Source of the DNA: Pelomyxa schiedti
Taxonomy: Eukaryota; Protista; Evosea
DNA: 64,000 nt
Assembly (NCBI GenBank): GCA_020536535.1
Contig: JAHLWZ010000814.1
Coordinates: forward strand, 53,789 to 117,788
Reading direction: 5' to 3'
Shown here piece by piece: positions 37,290 to 51,200 of the stretch. The notes under the pieces were generated by a model that saw nothing but the letters and a program-made list of their open reading frames with translations, had not been told where the DNA came from and made no database searches. A program made the translations under genes and the position numbers. The number at the start of each line of letters is the position of its first letter. Position 1 is the first letter of the stretch.

Positions 37290-38097
37290 TTAGACCTTGT
37301 CATATGAACCCTTCTTTTTGAAGAGCATGGCCATAAAGACTCCGAAGCAGCAGCACAGCACTGTGTGGAGTTAGAAGAAATAAGCAAACACAATTAGAAA
37401 TAAAGAACGCACAAAGACTGAAGAAGAGGAAGATGGCTCCAATGGAAAGCTTCACAATCCAGTCGGTGGGGACATTTGGTTCATCAATGCAATAAACCTT
37501 CGTCTCGCTGTCGGGGGAATCTTCGATGTTGTACCTTGAAGGTGGCTCAGTTTAGGATTGTAAACAAACTAGAGAGCTTGAAGTTACTCACCACACTGGG
37601 ATTTGTTGACCAGTGAAGTACAAGGTCTGTGCCCAGTTAAAGAAGTCTTCGGCACCATCACCCATAGAGGAGCCACAGCACAGAGTATCACAGCAGTAGC
37701 TTGTGAGCAAGGTATCTTCGGTTGGTTAGAACCAAGTGACATCATTTAGTTGTGGCGAGCGCTCTTACAAGTTCCTTGGTACTGAAGGCCCACTTTGGTC
37801 TTATGATACCATAGCCACGTCGATTCATAGTACAAATCCGTTATCGTAGCGTTCGTTGCCACCGTCGGAACGTCTCCGAGTCTAGAGAAGAGGAGTAAGC
37901 AAGTGGGAATTGTCATTATGGGGTCAGAGAGCGAGCAAAGCAAAACAAAACAAAACATAGTTTCGTTAAGGGAGCGAAATTTCTTACCCTTTCTCTCTCG
38001 ACACGTAGACACCATAGTAGCACGTAAACACGATACCAATAACGAAACATGCACAGGCACCGCCTCCCGCTCCTCCTCGATGTCCATGGTGAACCAT
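37290..38097 (-). CDS. Small two-pass membrane protein with Cys-containing loop
   Basis: MVHHGHRGGAGGGACACFVIGIVFTCYYGVYV TM1; loop YCCDTLCC; TM2 WIVKLSIGAIFLFFMLCCCFGVFMAMLF; four introns keep the frame. Confidence 0.6.
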
Positions 38098-38382
38098 TTT
38101 ATTTTAATAGTAAGAAGTGTTGGTTTTTGGTGTTGGGGGCAAGGCGGCGGTAGGGTCCGGCTTTTTAATTGGTTTTTTTGTTTTTATGACTTTAAATCTT
38201 TAGGTTCGCGTGCAATTTTGGTTACACGAAAAGCTGTAGGCAGGCGAATTCTGAATTTCTTCCTTTACTTTAAATTTTCACTTCGGCAAACAGGAAAAGA
38301 GAGATCTGTCCATGAACCATTAGCAACTGAAGGATGTTCGTGAAGTACTTGTTCAGTTTTTGAAAGGTGGGGGTGAAAGGAA

Positions 38383-40225
38383 TCAACCAAAGGGAGTGTC
38401 AGTGGGTTCAACTTTGGTGGTGTCAAACAGTCCGTGAAGGATGTAGGAATATGCATTGACTGGTGGTGTGTCTGGTGGTGTAGGTAGTACATCCGGTGAA
38501 GCCGGAACTGTTGTGGTTGTTGGGGTTGGAATTGGAGTGGATGTTGTTGGAGTTGCGGCGGCCGTGGAATTTGGCGCTGTGGTGGGATTGGCGCTGGGAT
38601 TGGGAGTGAGACTTGGACTGGGTGGTGTGCCACTCTTGGTGGTGGATTGTGCAGAATGTGCAGTTGTAGGAGTGCTAGAGGCCGCGGTAGAGGCCTCAGC
38701 CGGCGGTTTTGTGTGGGGTGTTGTGCCGGTTTTGGGGGGGATGGGGGGCGCTGCAAGATTTTGTGTGGGTGTGGTAGTTGTACTTGATGTGGAAAGAGGG
38801 CCGCTTGAAGATAATGTGGGTGTAGTGCTTCCTGTAGCGTCGGGAGGTAAATCTGGTTGACTAGAGTTACAAAAGGTGGGGGGGGGGGGGTAGGGAGAGC
38901 CAACCTGGCGTGCGGCCCTCAAAGGGAATAAATGCAAGTGGTGTTGGACCTTGTATTGGGTTGCGGGAAGTACCAATGAACTCTTGTAGGTCCGCACTCC
39001 AGTTGAGCTCTGAAACTGCAGTACTCAACATTTTCACTGACGCTGTATAGTCTGAAGGAAGTTCCTGAAGGTTTTTTTGTTGTTATTATTTTCATGTACA
39101 ATCACATATATAGTTGTCTTACCAGTTGCATGGAGAGAAAAGCCTTTGCGCACTTGTCAAGAAAAGTAAATTGGAATTCCATTTGTGTCTGTATTTCTGC
39201 CAGTAGATGTGGAATGTCTTCAACATACAACTTCTTCTGGGCATTGTTTGCTGCGAGAATTGCATTCTTAATTTCGTTGTAAGTTTCTGTAATCAAACTT
39301 TCATCAAGCCGCACCTGATACACCATTTCCAATTGGTTTGCTTTATCAATACTCTGCTTTCGTTCCATTCCAAACTTCAGGTCCTGTCACTAAAACATCA
39401 CGATATGTGTATTCTACTTTGGAAAGAGCTATGGATAGTCGTGCTCTCCTGGATTCAGGGGTCGCTTTAACCTCCACTTCAGCATCCAAGTACTGTTGCT
39501 TTGCATACTCAGCGTCTTTACAAGCTTTCACATAGTTTTCTCGTGTCTAGATAATTTGAGATTTTGTTAAAATATTGGAGCCTCCTATGTACTTTATTGC
39601 AAACTGCAATTGCATCAGTGTAAAACTTAATATCGCAAGAACCGCCTGAAAATACCTTGTGGCAGATGAAACAAAGAAAGAGAAGGGGTAGACTTACCTT
39701 TCTCCTGTTGCTTTCTTGAGTTTTAATTTCGATCTCCAGTGGTTTAATAATCTCTTCAACAATCTTCACAGCTATCTGATTGTGTTTGGCCCCCACCTTT
39801 GACCCGCTCTCCGAGATTGCCAACATAGTTTCTTTCAGTGTCCTGTACAAAATTTTCCAGCACAAACACTCAGTGGAGTTTTTTTCCTTCAGAGCTCGAA
39901 ACGTAATAATAATGATGACTTGAAATACCTCTCCACCTTATCGACGGCGGGCGATCTTCCACCTGGATGAACCCTGCATAGCTCGTGTAACTCCTTCCCA
40001 TAGTCCCGTTCCAGCCGTGCTCGCTTCTCAAAAAACGCCAGATACTCCTTCTCCATTCTTATGACCAGGTCCAACCTGCCAATGCACTTCTCAAACCCAT
40101 CCTGCCAGGTTTCAAACAAGAACGTGAGCAAAAAAAACAATCCCACATGTAAGGAAGGAAGTTGATGAAATAAAAAGGACAACAAGCACAAGCCGCACCC
40201 ACAACGTATCTGCCAACGAGGCCAT
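38383..40225 (-). CDS. F-BAR (FCH) domain protein with P/T-rich tail
   Basis: MASLADTLW|DGFEKCI...FFEKRARLERDYGKEL; helical coiled-coil exons; DLQEFIGT...PTPLAFIPFEG; no SH3 seen. Confidence 0.75.
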
Positions 40226-40416
40226 TGTTGATGATCTAATTACAAACAGTGATCCCGAAAGGACAACACTAACTCTTATTGAGTGCTCCTCAAAGAATGT
40301 CAGATTCTCCTGCGGCTTCTCCTCCTGGAGTCTTCCACTCAGTGCACATCTTTGTAGGAAGGGCGGTTTTACCGAAATGGGAAAACCAGAAGCAATAACT
40401 AAAAAACATAACCACA

Positions 40417-40923
40417 ATGACAGACTACGCAGCGTTACAAGCTAGCAACACACCATATACAAGTGGCCTCAAGGGCAGCGAGGAATTCTGTCCCCACGAC
40501 TACTCTGCAGTGATCCCGGACGACGCAGCGGCCTCGTCCGATTCTTGTTGCTGCTCGGCCACGTCGTGCTCCCCCTCGTCCGCGCCCACGATGCACTACC
40601 GCGTGGTCCCATCCAAGTCCGCGCAGCCCGAGGTCACACTGGTGCCGACGGCCAAGGAGCACTTCGTAGGCACCACGACGTCGTCGCCGTCGCAGTCGCT
40701 CGCGTCGGTCGACAGGGAGTACGTGGGGACCTCCTCGTCGTCGGCTTCCGCGAAGCCGCCCGCCGTGGCGCTGGTGCCCGCGGACAAGACCTACTTCTCC
40801 ACTTATGGGAACACCTCCTCGTATTCTTCTTGCTCCTCGGCCCCTCGTGCTTCCTACTGTGCCCCTGTCTCTTCGACGAATCATGTGTCTACTTCGAGGA
40901 TAACGCCATACTTGCGCTCTTGA
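40417..40923 (+). CDS. Single-exon Ser-rich hypothetical protein (168 aa)
   Basis: ATG-initiated ORF with GC3-rich codons, head-to-head with the F-BAR gene. Confidence 0.45.
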   Translation: MTDYAALQASNTPYTSGLKGSEEFCPHDYSAVIPDDAAASSDSCCCSATSCSPSSAPTMHYRVVPSKSAQPEVTLVPTAKEHFVGTTTSSPSQSLASVDREYVGTSSSSASAKPPAVALVPADKTYFSTYGNTSSYSSCSSAPRASYCAPVSSTNHVSTSRITPYLRS

Positions 40924-41050
40924 TACTGAAAAGTGAAAGGAGTGAGGAAGGAACAGTTATTGTAAATAAAGGGCTATGCCCGTTGATAAAAATACGTTTG
41001 CTGTTGTTTTGTAATTTTTTTGGTTCTTGTTTGTTTTATGTGTGAGAAGA

Positions 41051-42198
41051 CTAGAGGGTTACTATCTTCATATTAAAGTCGAGTGCCGGCACTGAGTGGG
41101 TTATGGAGCCAACACTTACGAAATCAACTCCTGTTTCTGCAACGGCTGCCAGTGTAGTCATATTGATACCGCCAGAGGCTTCAAGTGGGACCTTGTAAGA
41201 AGTGAAGTGAGTTTGTGTGGCTCAAACTAGGCTGCTTAACCCACCTTGTTGCTGGTGATAAGAACACAAGCACGCAGTTGATCAACTGACATGTTATCCA
41301 ACATTATTCTGGTCAGCAGTGGCTCGATTGACAAAGCTTCCCTGAGTTGATCCTGGTTGGCCACTTCAACTTCAATGGGGAGGCCAGGGAATTGCTTCCG
41401 GGAAAGTGTCACTGCCTGAAAAAATTGTAAGGTATCTGTGAGATTATGCAAACACGTACAGCCGTAATGCCACCAGCAGCTGTAATGTGGTTATCTTTTA
41501 TGAGAATCATGTCGGCCAATGACATTCGGTGGTTCACACCACCACCTGTTTTGACGGCATACTTCTCAAGTACTCTATATCCTTAATTGTGTGAGTGTAT
41601 TTTTGGCCTTTGTATTCCCACCAGGCAGAGTTTTTCTTGTGTCAAGAATGCGGCAGCGTGTGTGCCGCACAGCATCCACATAAGACCTTGTTTTGGTGGA
41701 TATTCCAGATAACCTCTGCACAAAATTCAATGCCGTTCTCTCTCCACTCAAGACGCTCACAACAGGGCCATCGACGTGGGCAACAACATCGCCTGAGGTG
41801 AGACGGTTTTTACATCGCAGAACAAACTGTGAGCAGTCAACACACCCTTTGCCACTGTGTCACCATCCTTTGCCAGCAGTGTAACAGCAACCCGGCGGCC
41901 CTCGGGTGCGCTGTATTTTTCATCTATCACTGCAAACACCATTGGGATCACAAACAATCCGCACGCAACCCCATTTTCCTTCGCCATCACTTTGCCTCTT
42001 ACCTACCAAGTATTACCACCAAAACAAAAAACAAAAAGAACAAAAGTTCATACGGACCATAACGCACTCAGTCACAGAGCCAAAAATCGACATGGACGTC
42101 ACATCTGGGAGATCTTCTTCTATTGCCATCCTTATGATGTGTTGTGCTCTGTCTCGCAACTCCGCGTCGTGCGTTGCCTCGGCGCTAGTGGCAGCCAT
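41051..42198 (-). CDS. nadC: Nicotinate-nucleotide pyrophosphorylase (quinolinate phosphoribosyltransferase)
   Basis: [11 protein letters not shown]; [17 protein letters not shown]; [10 protein letters not shown]; [14 protein letters not shown]; IKDNH; IEVEV; IMLDNM; EASGGI; SVGSITHS. Confidence 0.95.
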
Positions 42199-42325
42199 TT
42201 CTTTTGTTTTTTTTTTTGTTTTGTTTGAAACCGAAACAGTGGATCTGTTGCCAAGAGATCCTGTTCGCCAAAATGCTTCAGGAAATTAAATTTTAAAAAA
42301 AAAACAAGGAGATCTGGTGGTTGGG

Positions 42326-44743
42326 ATGCCGCCCAAGAGAGTGCCGGCCGCAGCGGCAACTACGACAACAACGACTACAAAGGTTACACCACCTGCCCCT
42401 GTCCAAGAAGGTAGAGTTGCCATTGTGCTTCTTTTTTCCCTAACCTTTGCAGAAAAACTCGCACAGCAGAAGAAGAAAAAGTACTGGTTTTTTTTGTTGC
42501 CTTCTTGTTGGGCCATACTTTTTCTTCTTGTCTAGTTTTGTTTGTTGTACTTCGCTGTGTGCGTTTTTTGGTTGAGCTTTTACCAAGAGAATCGGATTCT
42601 TCTTCCGAGGATGGGTCTGGCCCCCCAAAGAAAAAGTACAGACCTGCTGGTTCCCCAACACACCCCCAGGTCCCACTACCTTCAACGTCTCCGGACCCCC
42701 AAGTCGTGGCTACTCCTACACCAGCTGTTGTAACGACACCGCCTGCCACGACTTCTGCCGCGACTCCTGCCGTGACTCCTGCATCGACTCCCACAGCTCC
42801 TACTCCGACACCTCCTACTCCCAGTGCTGATCAAACTACACCGGCAACATCTGCGCCTGCTGTTTCTGCAACCACTGTTGCAAGCACTTGTACTGCCACA
42901 TCGGCTGCAGACCCTCCGTCAAAACCTGGTGAGCTGCCACTGTGTCCCTACGGAGCAAACTGTTACAGGAAGAACCCGAGTCATTTCCAGGAGTATAGGT
43001 ACTTGTTGATTGTTTTTTCTTTTCTTTTCTTTTTTCCCCCCCTGAAAGCTGAAACAATCACCAGACATCCTACAGTTGCCTGTGAAGACATTATCAGCGA
43101 ACATGAGAAAATGAAAGCAGAGATGAGGAGAAAACGAGAGGAGGCCTCCAAACCACATCCAAAACCAGTCACCAAGCCAGCTCCTGTTATTGTCCCTCCC
43201 CCAAGCCTGTTATCTTCTATGAACTTTCAGCTACAACCCCAAATCCAACATCCACTCTATCAACCTCCCCCACTGCTTCCAATGCCTAAACTAACACCAC
43301 TCCCCCTCCCACCAATACCCTACACACCGATGAATGTTTCACCAATACCTATTCCACATCCCTTGTCCCTCTTAGTTCCCCCTCCGCTTCCACTTCAGGT
43401 GCCGCCACCCTTGACACATTCTGTGCCTACTTCGGCAGCAGCACCCTCTCCAAGCAAAATTAAAAGAACCACCTCAGGCGCTGGTGACCTTGTAAAAGAT
43501 GCTGCTCCAAGTGATGAAGTGGTGTGTATCTTTGTTCCTGCCATCTACACTCATGCAGGGTTCGTTTTGCAAAGCTTCACAAGATTGAATCATACAAGTT
43601 ACTCTTGAAGGGGATTTTATGCAAAACGAAGGTGTCTGCTGACGAAAAGCGTGTCCTAAGAAGCTACAGAAAGAATGCCGGGCTTGATGACAAGTATCAC
43701 AACATGCTTCTCGGACAGTTTGGATGGACAGAAGATGAATATGAGGATGGGGAAAGGGTACACTCAGACCTCCCCGTTACTCAAAGTGACTTGTCATTAA
43801 CAGAAAGCCGAAGATGACATTGACATTGAAGCTGAAAGACAATTTTATGAAAACAAAGCAAATGCAGGAAGATGTGAAATCTTTTGGCTCAGAAAGGGTG
43901 CTCTTCGATCTAAAGATGAGGAAAATACCTTTTCTCGTGTATGCACGAAGTTCTATCAGACCATGTCCAAAGCTCAAGGTGCCTTTCAGCGACATGAAGA
44001 ACTAATTAACAAAACTAAGGCAACTACAACGTTGTGAAGATAGGGCTAATTGCAAACTTTACTTTGAAAGAGGCCTATGAAATGAAGCGTGCGGAAATGA
44101 GAGCAAAGTCTCAAGGAGATGAAGAGTGGGGATTCCATGGAACTTCAGAGAAGGTACTAACGCGTGCTAATTGTGGGAGAATAAAACAATAAATAGGCTA
44201 TAGATGGCATATCTAAGCTCGGATTCCTTCATCCTGACAAAATAGCACAAATAAACAACTCAAAGGCCCCAAAGGGGAAAAAAAAGAAAGGTGCCAAAGC
44301 ACCACCAGCAATATCCGTACTTGATGATGGTTTCTTTGGAAAGGGCATTTACTTCAGGTACATCTTGTAGAATCTTACTCCTGAATGAAATGAATGTGTT
44401 AGCGTTTACTCTGATTACGCTTTATGGTATTCGGCAGAGCGCGATTCATCTCAAATTTTGCTTTGTAAGCTTCTTACAGGAAGAAGTTACAAATGTGATG
44501 GAAGGTGAAGAAATTGTAACTACACTTGTGCGCTAACAATAGTTGTGTAGAATGGATGGAGCGGGTTGCAGGTCAGGTTATGACTCGCACTTCAGCCCCA
44601 AGGGTAATGAAATTATAATGTTCGCTCCTGAAAGTTGCCTTCCCAAGTATGCACCCAGTTCAGTGGAATTGATGTAACAAACCAACAGATACATAATCGA
44701 GTTTGAGGAACAGAAAGCCAAGGACCGTGACCAAGAAGACTAA
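42326..44743 (+). CDS. PBZ zinc finger plus PARP-like ADP-ribosyltransferase domain protein
   Basis: PBZ CPYGANCYRKNPSHFQEYRH; catalytic motifs WGFHGT, FFGKGIYF, LLCKLLTGR, GYDSH, GNEII; TAA 44741-44743. Confidence 0.85.
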
Positions 44744-44970
44744 AGTTGTTTCTTGAAGAAAAAAAAATCTGATGTTTGTTTTCCTTCCGTTTTCTGTGTT
44801 CCCTTCACGAATAGATTAGAAATATAGGATGTTTAGAATAATCAATTGCGTCACGTAAACATCACAGTTGCTTCGCTATCTCAAGTTTTGTGAAGACAGA
44901 TTAAATTTCTTTTTCGCACTTTTTTTGCGGTGTATACTTTTGAGATCCCCAGCCCTGTTTTGTAGTAGAA

Positions 44971-45997
44971 ATGGGTCGCAGTGCGTGTCGCCCCTTGATC
45001 CTCTTACGCACAGCGTTGCTATCACCATCGCGCTTTCGACACGTCACCATTTTTCTCGTTTTTAACGTTTCTCGCAGGGCCTGCTCGATGGTAGATGTTT
45101 CGACTGTTGGTTTTTTGGCGTTTTTGTGTTGCGTGTTTTTGTGCCTCTTCGGCGGTACTTAGTTTCCCATTTGTGCAGCTATCGCTACATTACTAGCAGA
45201 CCCTTCATCAAGTCTCGCTACTGCCGAGGTGTCCCCGACGCTAAGATCAGGTACTTTTTTGCTATTTTTATGAGTAACCGTTTGCTTTCTTCATCTGTCA
45301 CGCACCGGTACTTATTCGCTCTAAAACAGGATTTACGATTTGGGCAAGAAGAAGGCCTCTGTCGACGAATTCCCTCAGTGCATTCACTTGGTCTCCCTCG
45401 AACGCGAGAACCTCAGCTCCGAGGCTCTTGAGGCTGCGCGTATTTGCGCCAACAAGTACATCACCAAGATGACCGGAAAGGACGGTTTCCACTTCCGAGT
45501 CAGGACCCACCCATGGCACGTAATCCGTATCAACAAGATGCTTACCTGCGCCGGAGCTGATAGGTATGCTTCTGCTGAGAAATGGTCTTATTCTGGGCAC
45601 TCACCGCTTCTTCTAGGCTCCAGACCGGTATGAGACACGCCTACGGAAAACCCAACGGTGTTGTAGCTCGCGTTGGTTTTGGCCAGATTATCTTCAGCAT
45701 CAGGACCAAGGAAGCCTCGAAGCCACACGCCGTTGAGGCCCTCAGGCGCTGCGCCTTCAAGTTCCCCGGCCGACAAAAGGTAAACCAACCTTCTTCCATT
45801 TTCCACTCCTAATCACAAACACCCCTCTCTTTCACGCACAGGTCGTTGTCTCCCCCAACTGGGGCTTCACCGTGTTCGGCAAGGAGGAGTACCTTAAGCT
45901 CAAGGCCGAGAACAAGATCATCCCCGACGGTGCTCACTGCAAACCCGTTACCACCCACGGCCGACTTGAGGACAAGGTTCACCACGAGAAGGAGTAA
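44971..45997 (+). CDS. RPL10: 60S ribosomal protein L10 (uL16)
   Basis: MGRRPARCYRY...[19 protein letters not shown]...[15 protein letters not shown]...[18 protein letters not shown]...[14 protein letters not shown]. Confidence 0.97.
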
Positions 45998-46056
45998 AAG
46001 AAAATAGCTATTTCTTTGTCAGAATTTTTTTTGTTTGCTATGGGACCAAAGTCACT

Positions 46057-47996
46057 TTAACTACTTGTTGTTCCTGTTGGTTGGTTTGTGGGATTGTTTT
46101 GGACTTCTGGAAGTGGATTTGCTGCTGGTGAGTACGTGATGGAGAGTGATCCAAAAGAGCCTTGAACAGTTGCCACAGTGGGGTCTGTTGGGTTAGTTTG
46201 GAGGGGCACAGTCTTGGTGGGAAGCTTGGAACATTCTTGTGTTAGGTGGTTGAGCTCTTGGTCGAGATTAAGAAGAATTGGTGTGGGGGTTGGTTTCGTC
46301 AGCAGAGCAGTGCCTGCTTTCCGAGCTGCTGACAGATTCTGTATTTGGAAGGTGTGAGAAGGATGTGTTTTTGATGCGGTGTTTGAGGAGGTTGGTACCT
46401 TGTGATCACAAGTGTTGCCGCTTTCCTTCTCCGCTATTAAATAGTCGGAAAGCTGGCGAAAGATAGCTTGAGCAGATTCCGTGTAAGGGGAGTGATTTGC
46501 TGGGATGTTACAGGTTAATAAAGCGGAAAGAATAAGGTACTGTGACAGACTTTCATTCAAGTGCTGAAAATGGGCCTTATACGTAGGTATATCAGTTATC
46601 ATTCCATTTAAAAGACCGCGAATAGTAGTAGAAATAGTGATTTCATCATATGCGCTTCGACTTAACCTGTTCCATTTGGCAAGGTGTGGCCAGTACATAC
46701 TAAGACGTTGTGTGATGACGGGATCTTTGGAAAGAGGGTAAGTTTGTGAAGACAAGTGATTCCATGAAGACCTGTTGCCGCTGTCACCTGTAATATACTT
46801 GAGCCGTACTGAGTGTTGTTCAACTTCATGACACCCCACAAGTCCCCACTGTGGGGTGAGAATCTAATCAAAGTATTATGGACCTTCGCTCCGGGCTTTT
46901 TCAAGTCCGAGAAGTAAATGGCCATAAATCTGCCAGTTGATCAGATTTGTTAGATGAGATGTGCAGGGGTACTTGGAAACTCCACAGTTTGACGTTAAAA
47001 AAGTGGTAAACTCTCGGCAGCCACAAGAAATATTCCGGATGAGAACAAATCTTTTTCTTGTGGTTAGATCATAACCCAATACTCTAAGTACCTTATCGAG
47101 TGTGAACATATAAAACTCTGTAGACAATCATTATTTTCCTGTGGATATTGTGTCGCTTGAAATGGGTTTGAGGAAATTGGGGGTTGCTGTGTGTATTGTG
47201 GTTGGGTTGTCGGAAGGAAGGAGGGCGTCTGTGGTGGCGAAGTAAAAGCCATTGAAGATTGTGTTGTTGGCCCAAATGACATGGGAGAGGGTGTCGAAGT
47301 CGAAGGATTGAAAGGAATCTGTTGTTGGGTTTGGGGATTGAAAGGAATCTGTTGTTGGGTTGGAGGATTGAAAGGCATCGGTGGCTGTACAGCCGGACTG
47401 AAAGGCATTGCAGGAGGTCTCTCGGGTTGACCATACTGGGGCATAGGGGAGGGCCACGGCTGACCCGGCTGCGGGGGAACTTGGTATCCAGGTTGCATCT
47501 GAGGCTGCATTGGTTGCATTGGCTGCGTCGTGGTTGGCCTTTGGACATAAAGGGATTCAAGTGCCTGCAGATTTTGCTGTGTGGGTGACGGGGAAACTTG
47601 CTGCTGCTGCTGTTGTTGTTGCCACTGCATTTGTGGGGCAAACATAGGTTGTGTCTGCTGCTGCTGCTGCCATGGCTGTCCCAATTGGGGACCAATGGAA
47701 AAGTTGTTCCATTGTTGTTGCTGTTGTTGTGGTGGTTGTGGAAACTGTGAGTGCTGGAACTGCTGTTGTGGAAATTGTTGCTGCGGTGGAAAATGTTGAA
47801 TTTGTGGCTGCTGGCCGTATTGCTGCTGATGCGGGGCCAGTGCTTGGTGCGAAGGCAGTTGTTGGGCCTTCGTTTGGTACGCTTTGTTTTTGTTCGCCTG
47901 GGCCTTGGGAGGTTTCTGTTTCTTTTTTTTCGTTTGGGTCTGCTGCGGTAGCACCATGGGCAGAAACGCCTGCGCGTTGTCCTGTCTCCCGTTCAT
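46057..47996 (-). CDS. Q/P-rich protein with a helical C-terminal region (possibly ANTH/ENTH-like)
   Basis: 310-codon Q/P-rich first exon (MNGRQDNAQ...) and 260-codon downstream ORF; middle exon joins unresolved; the domain guess is weak. Confidence 0.5.
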
Positions 47997-48220
47997 CTCG
48001 CCTCTTTATTTGTTGGCAAATTGGTTGCGGCCGAGATCTGGGTGGCTCTGAGTTGGTCTATGGGAAATCGACAAGACACGAGTGGCTGGCAGGGAAGTAA
48101 TGCCACTAATGTGTCTAAAGGGCACGAATTCCAATTTGTACTTAAACTAAAAATCCAAGTCTCGTTGTTCGCCAAAGAAGAGCAAACAACCAAATTAAAA
48201 CGGCCCCACGAAGACGACGA

Positions 48221-51200
48221 ATGTCTGGCAGTTCATCTGGGGTTCAAGATCTCGCTGTGGACAGGGCCTTTGTTGCTGCTGTGGTTGCTGTTTCAGTGGC
48301 GTACTTTGTTGGTTTCTGCGGTATTCCACTCGGAGTTTTATTGTGGCGTTGTTACACAAAGCTGATGCGGTGTTTAAGGCGGCGCGCAGTTGCGCGTTTC
48401 AGTGATTCCATGGAACCACTCACGCCCGGCACCACAATAGAAACTCCTGTCCTACACCCACTTTCTGGCTCTTCTTCGCAGATTTTTTCGTCAACTCCTT
48501 CGCTGCGTCCACCCACATCGCCTTTTCGCAAGTCAGGTCGTTCACCTATCAGACTATCGTCACCTGCAATAACTGCAAAGCCTCCATCGCATCCTCCCTT
48601 ATCTGCAGCCGCTGCAATTGCAGCTACATCAGCTGGCGGCGTGTTAAGAGAAAACGTGCGACCTAGCTATGGCAGCTTTAGTTCTCATAAGGGAGCCAGT
48701 TCTTTGTCTATGTCCAATAGCAGTATCAGTGGAAGCAAACACCCCCGTTACTTGAATCTCAAGTCCGACGGCGAGTCTTCCAATGATGTTGACTTGGACA
48801 TCGATACGGACACATCTGACACTGACTGTGATATGGAGTACTTCTACCATTATACTCCTTTCAACATCTCCTTAACTGTTTTGACAGAAAGGCTACTGGA
48901 TTGCCAGGCGAGTCAGAAGCTGTTAAATTAAGTGAGATCAATCCTAGTAACAATGCGAAAGACCCCCAGAATGTTCTTTTACCCCGCAGTAGTGTGGGGA
49001 CAACTGCTTCATTAAATAATGCTCTTATTTTTGCTCTCATATTCACTGGTTCTGGTAAGTCTTCCTGAAATGAACTAGCCTCATTTTTCTCAGTTAGAGT
49101 GGGTGGGTTCTTAAGTGCCTTTGACGAAAATGCTCGAGGCCCTTTATCCACAGGTATTTGTCGCGAACTTATGTCATCATAACAAATACTTACAGATGTC
49201 CTGGATATTGGACCCACACTGTTCTATTTTTCGACACTCTCTCTTTTTGTTTGTATCTTCTTTGCCAAGGCGAATCTAATTTCTTGTAGCTTTTCAAAGC
49301 ACTTGAATCTGAGACCTCTGTTCCAGGTAATAGGAGAACTGGTTTTCCTGATTTCTTTCTGAGATTTAAAGGATTTGGCGACTTACGGAGAAGAATCAAA
49401 ATCCTTGTACTGGGGAACCTGCTTTACTACTGTAGTTTCTTTGTAGTGTTTTGTGCTGACTGCTTTGTGAGTGACAAGCATCAACCACAGATGTAGCTAC
49501 CTGAGAACATTCCTGCTTTGTATTAATTAGGAAATAGGGAGAAAGGTGTACAAACAGCTTTTTGTATTCTACTTTCTGTTATTTCCTTTTTTTATGCGAT
49601 TGGTAACTGCACATCACAATTTACATTCCTCACTTGACCCAGCCCTTTCTTTGTGCGCGATATTGAAGTATTTTCTCCTTCTGCGCAAGCGTAGTACTTT
49701 GTCTTGGGCTGTAAGTTTTCACTAATGTAGTGCCACTTTATAATTCTGGTACAGGTTTTTTACTGCATCCTTGTGGCAATAGGAGTGGGCGTTCTATCAT
49801 GCCTCTATCGGTGTGCACTATTATTACTCCCAGACCATTTCTTTCAGTCTGCGAACGACACTGACCCTGGGAGATATCAGTTTGTTGGTACACACTATAT
49901 CTTATCTAAGTGAGAGATAGAGCATCAAGATCCTCTGTTCTGATATGCTTAAGTGGGTTTCTTTTTTTGTTTTTTGGGAAATAGAATTATATACATCCTC
50001 TGGATATGAAAAGTCTCTTTCCTGGATTATTTTATATTATTGTGGCTCTGAAGTGATACCTGGCATATCTCTAATGTGCGGGTACATTTTGCTGCCATCC
50101 AGTAAAATGTCTCTTCTGTATTATTACTATGAAGAAGAAATGCCCGAAGGTAACATTCAATCTGAGAGCATAACACAACGTTCATGCACGATTAGATGAA
50201 GTACGAAATCTACTTGGTGATGCTGTTACACAAATACCATTCAAGGAGCTCGAAAATGTACACCAAATAGGGTACCTCAGAGAATTACCTTTGTGAAACT
50301 TATAATATTTCAGAACGGGAACTTCCCATATCCACGTAGCCAAATGGAGAGGTCTAGATGTGTGCGTGAAGATGATTACAAGTAAAAATAAAAATCTCAA
50401 CGATCCTCTCCTGCTGGCGTTTTGTGATGAGATTAACATCGTTTCCCGACTTTCCCACTCTAATATTTGCCAAGTTTTGGTATTGCATAGGATTTTTGTT
50501 TCTTTTTGTAATCTCAGTTCTTTCACAGGCAGCAACGATTTCTCCAGTATCACTTATTACTGAGTATTTTCCGAAGGGAACTTTACGGGAAGTACTTGAA
50601 AAAGAGGTTCGGTGTGCATTGTAATGCAGATTGCTGACTTGAAATGTCAGAGCATTTCTCTTCCTTATAGAATCAGACTTGGTAAAGAAATTGCATTAGC
50701 AATGAATTATCTTCATTGTAACAACCCCCAAATACTACACTGGTTTCTCTTCTTGTGTACATTCGTTCCAAACTTACATTTCATCCAGTGACCTAACATC
50801 TGAAAATGTTCTTATTTCTGATGAATACCATGCCAAAGTGACAGATTTCGGGTACCACTTCTCTTGACTTTTTTGTTTTTTTGATTTATAGCCAGGTTGG
50901 CAAAAACCAAGCTTGCTCAATCTGTCTCAAAAAGAGACAAATACAAATCCTCCATTGAACTGGGCAGTGTTGGTGTATGTCTTTGTCGCATTACTTAGCA
51001 CTTATATCCTCAGTACACTGCACCAGAAGTTTTGCTGGGGGGTGAGTTTACCCCAAAATCGGATGTCTTCAGTTATGGAATGTGCTTATGGGAACTAGCT
51101 ACTCAGCAAGGGGTACCTTTCCAAGGGATGGACCCTGTGCAAATCCTTACACATGTCACGCATGGCATCACCCTTCACCTCCCTCAAGACACAACCAAAT

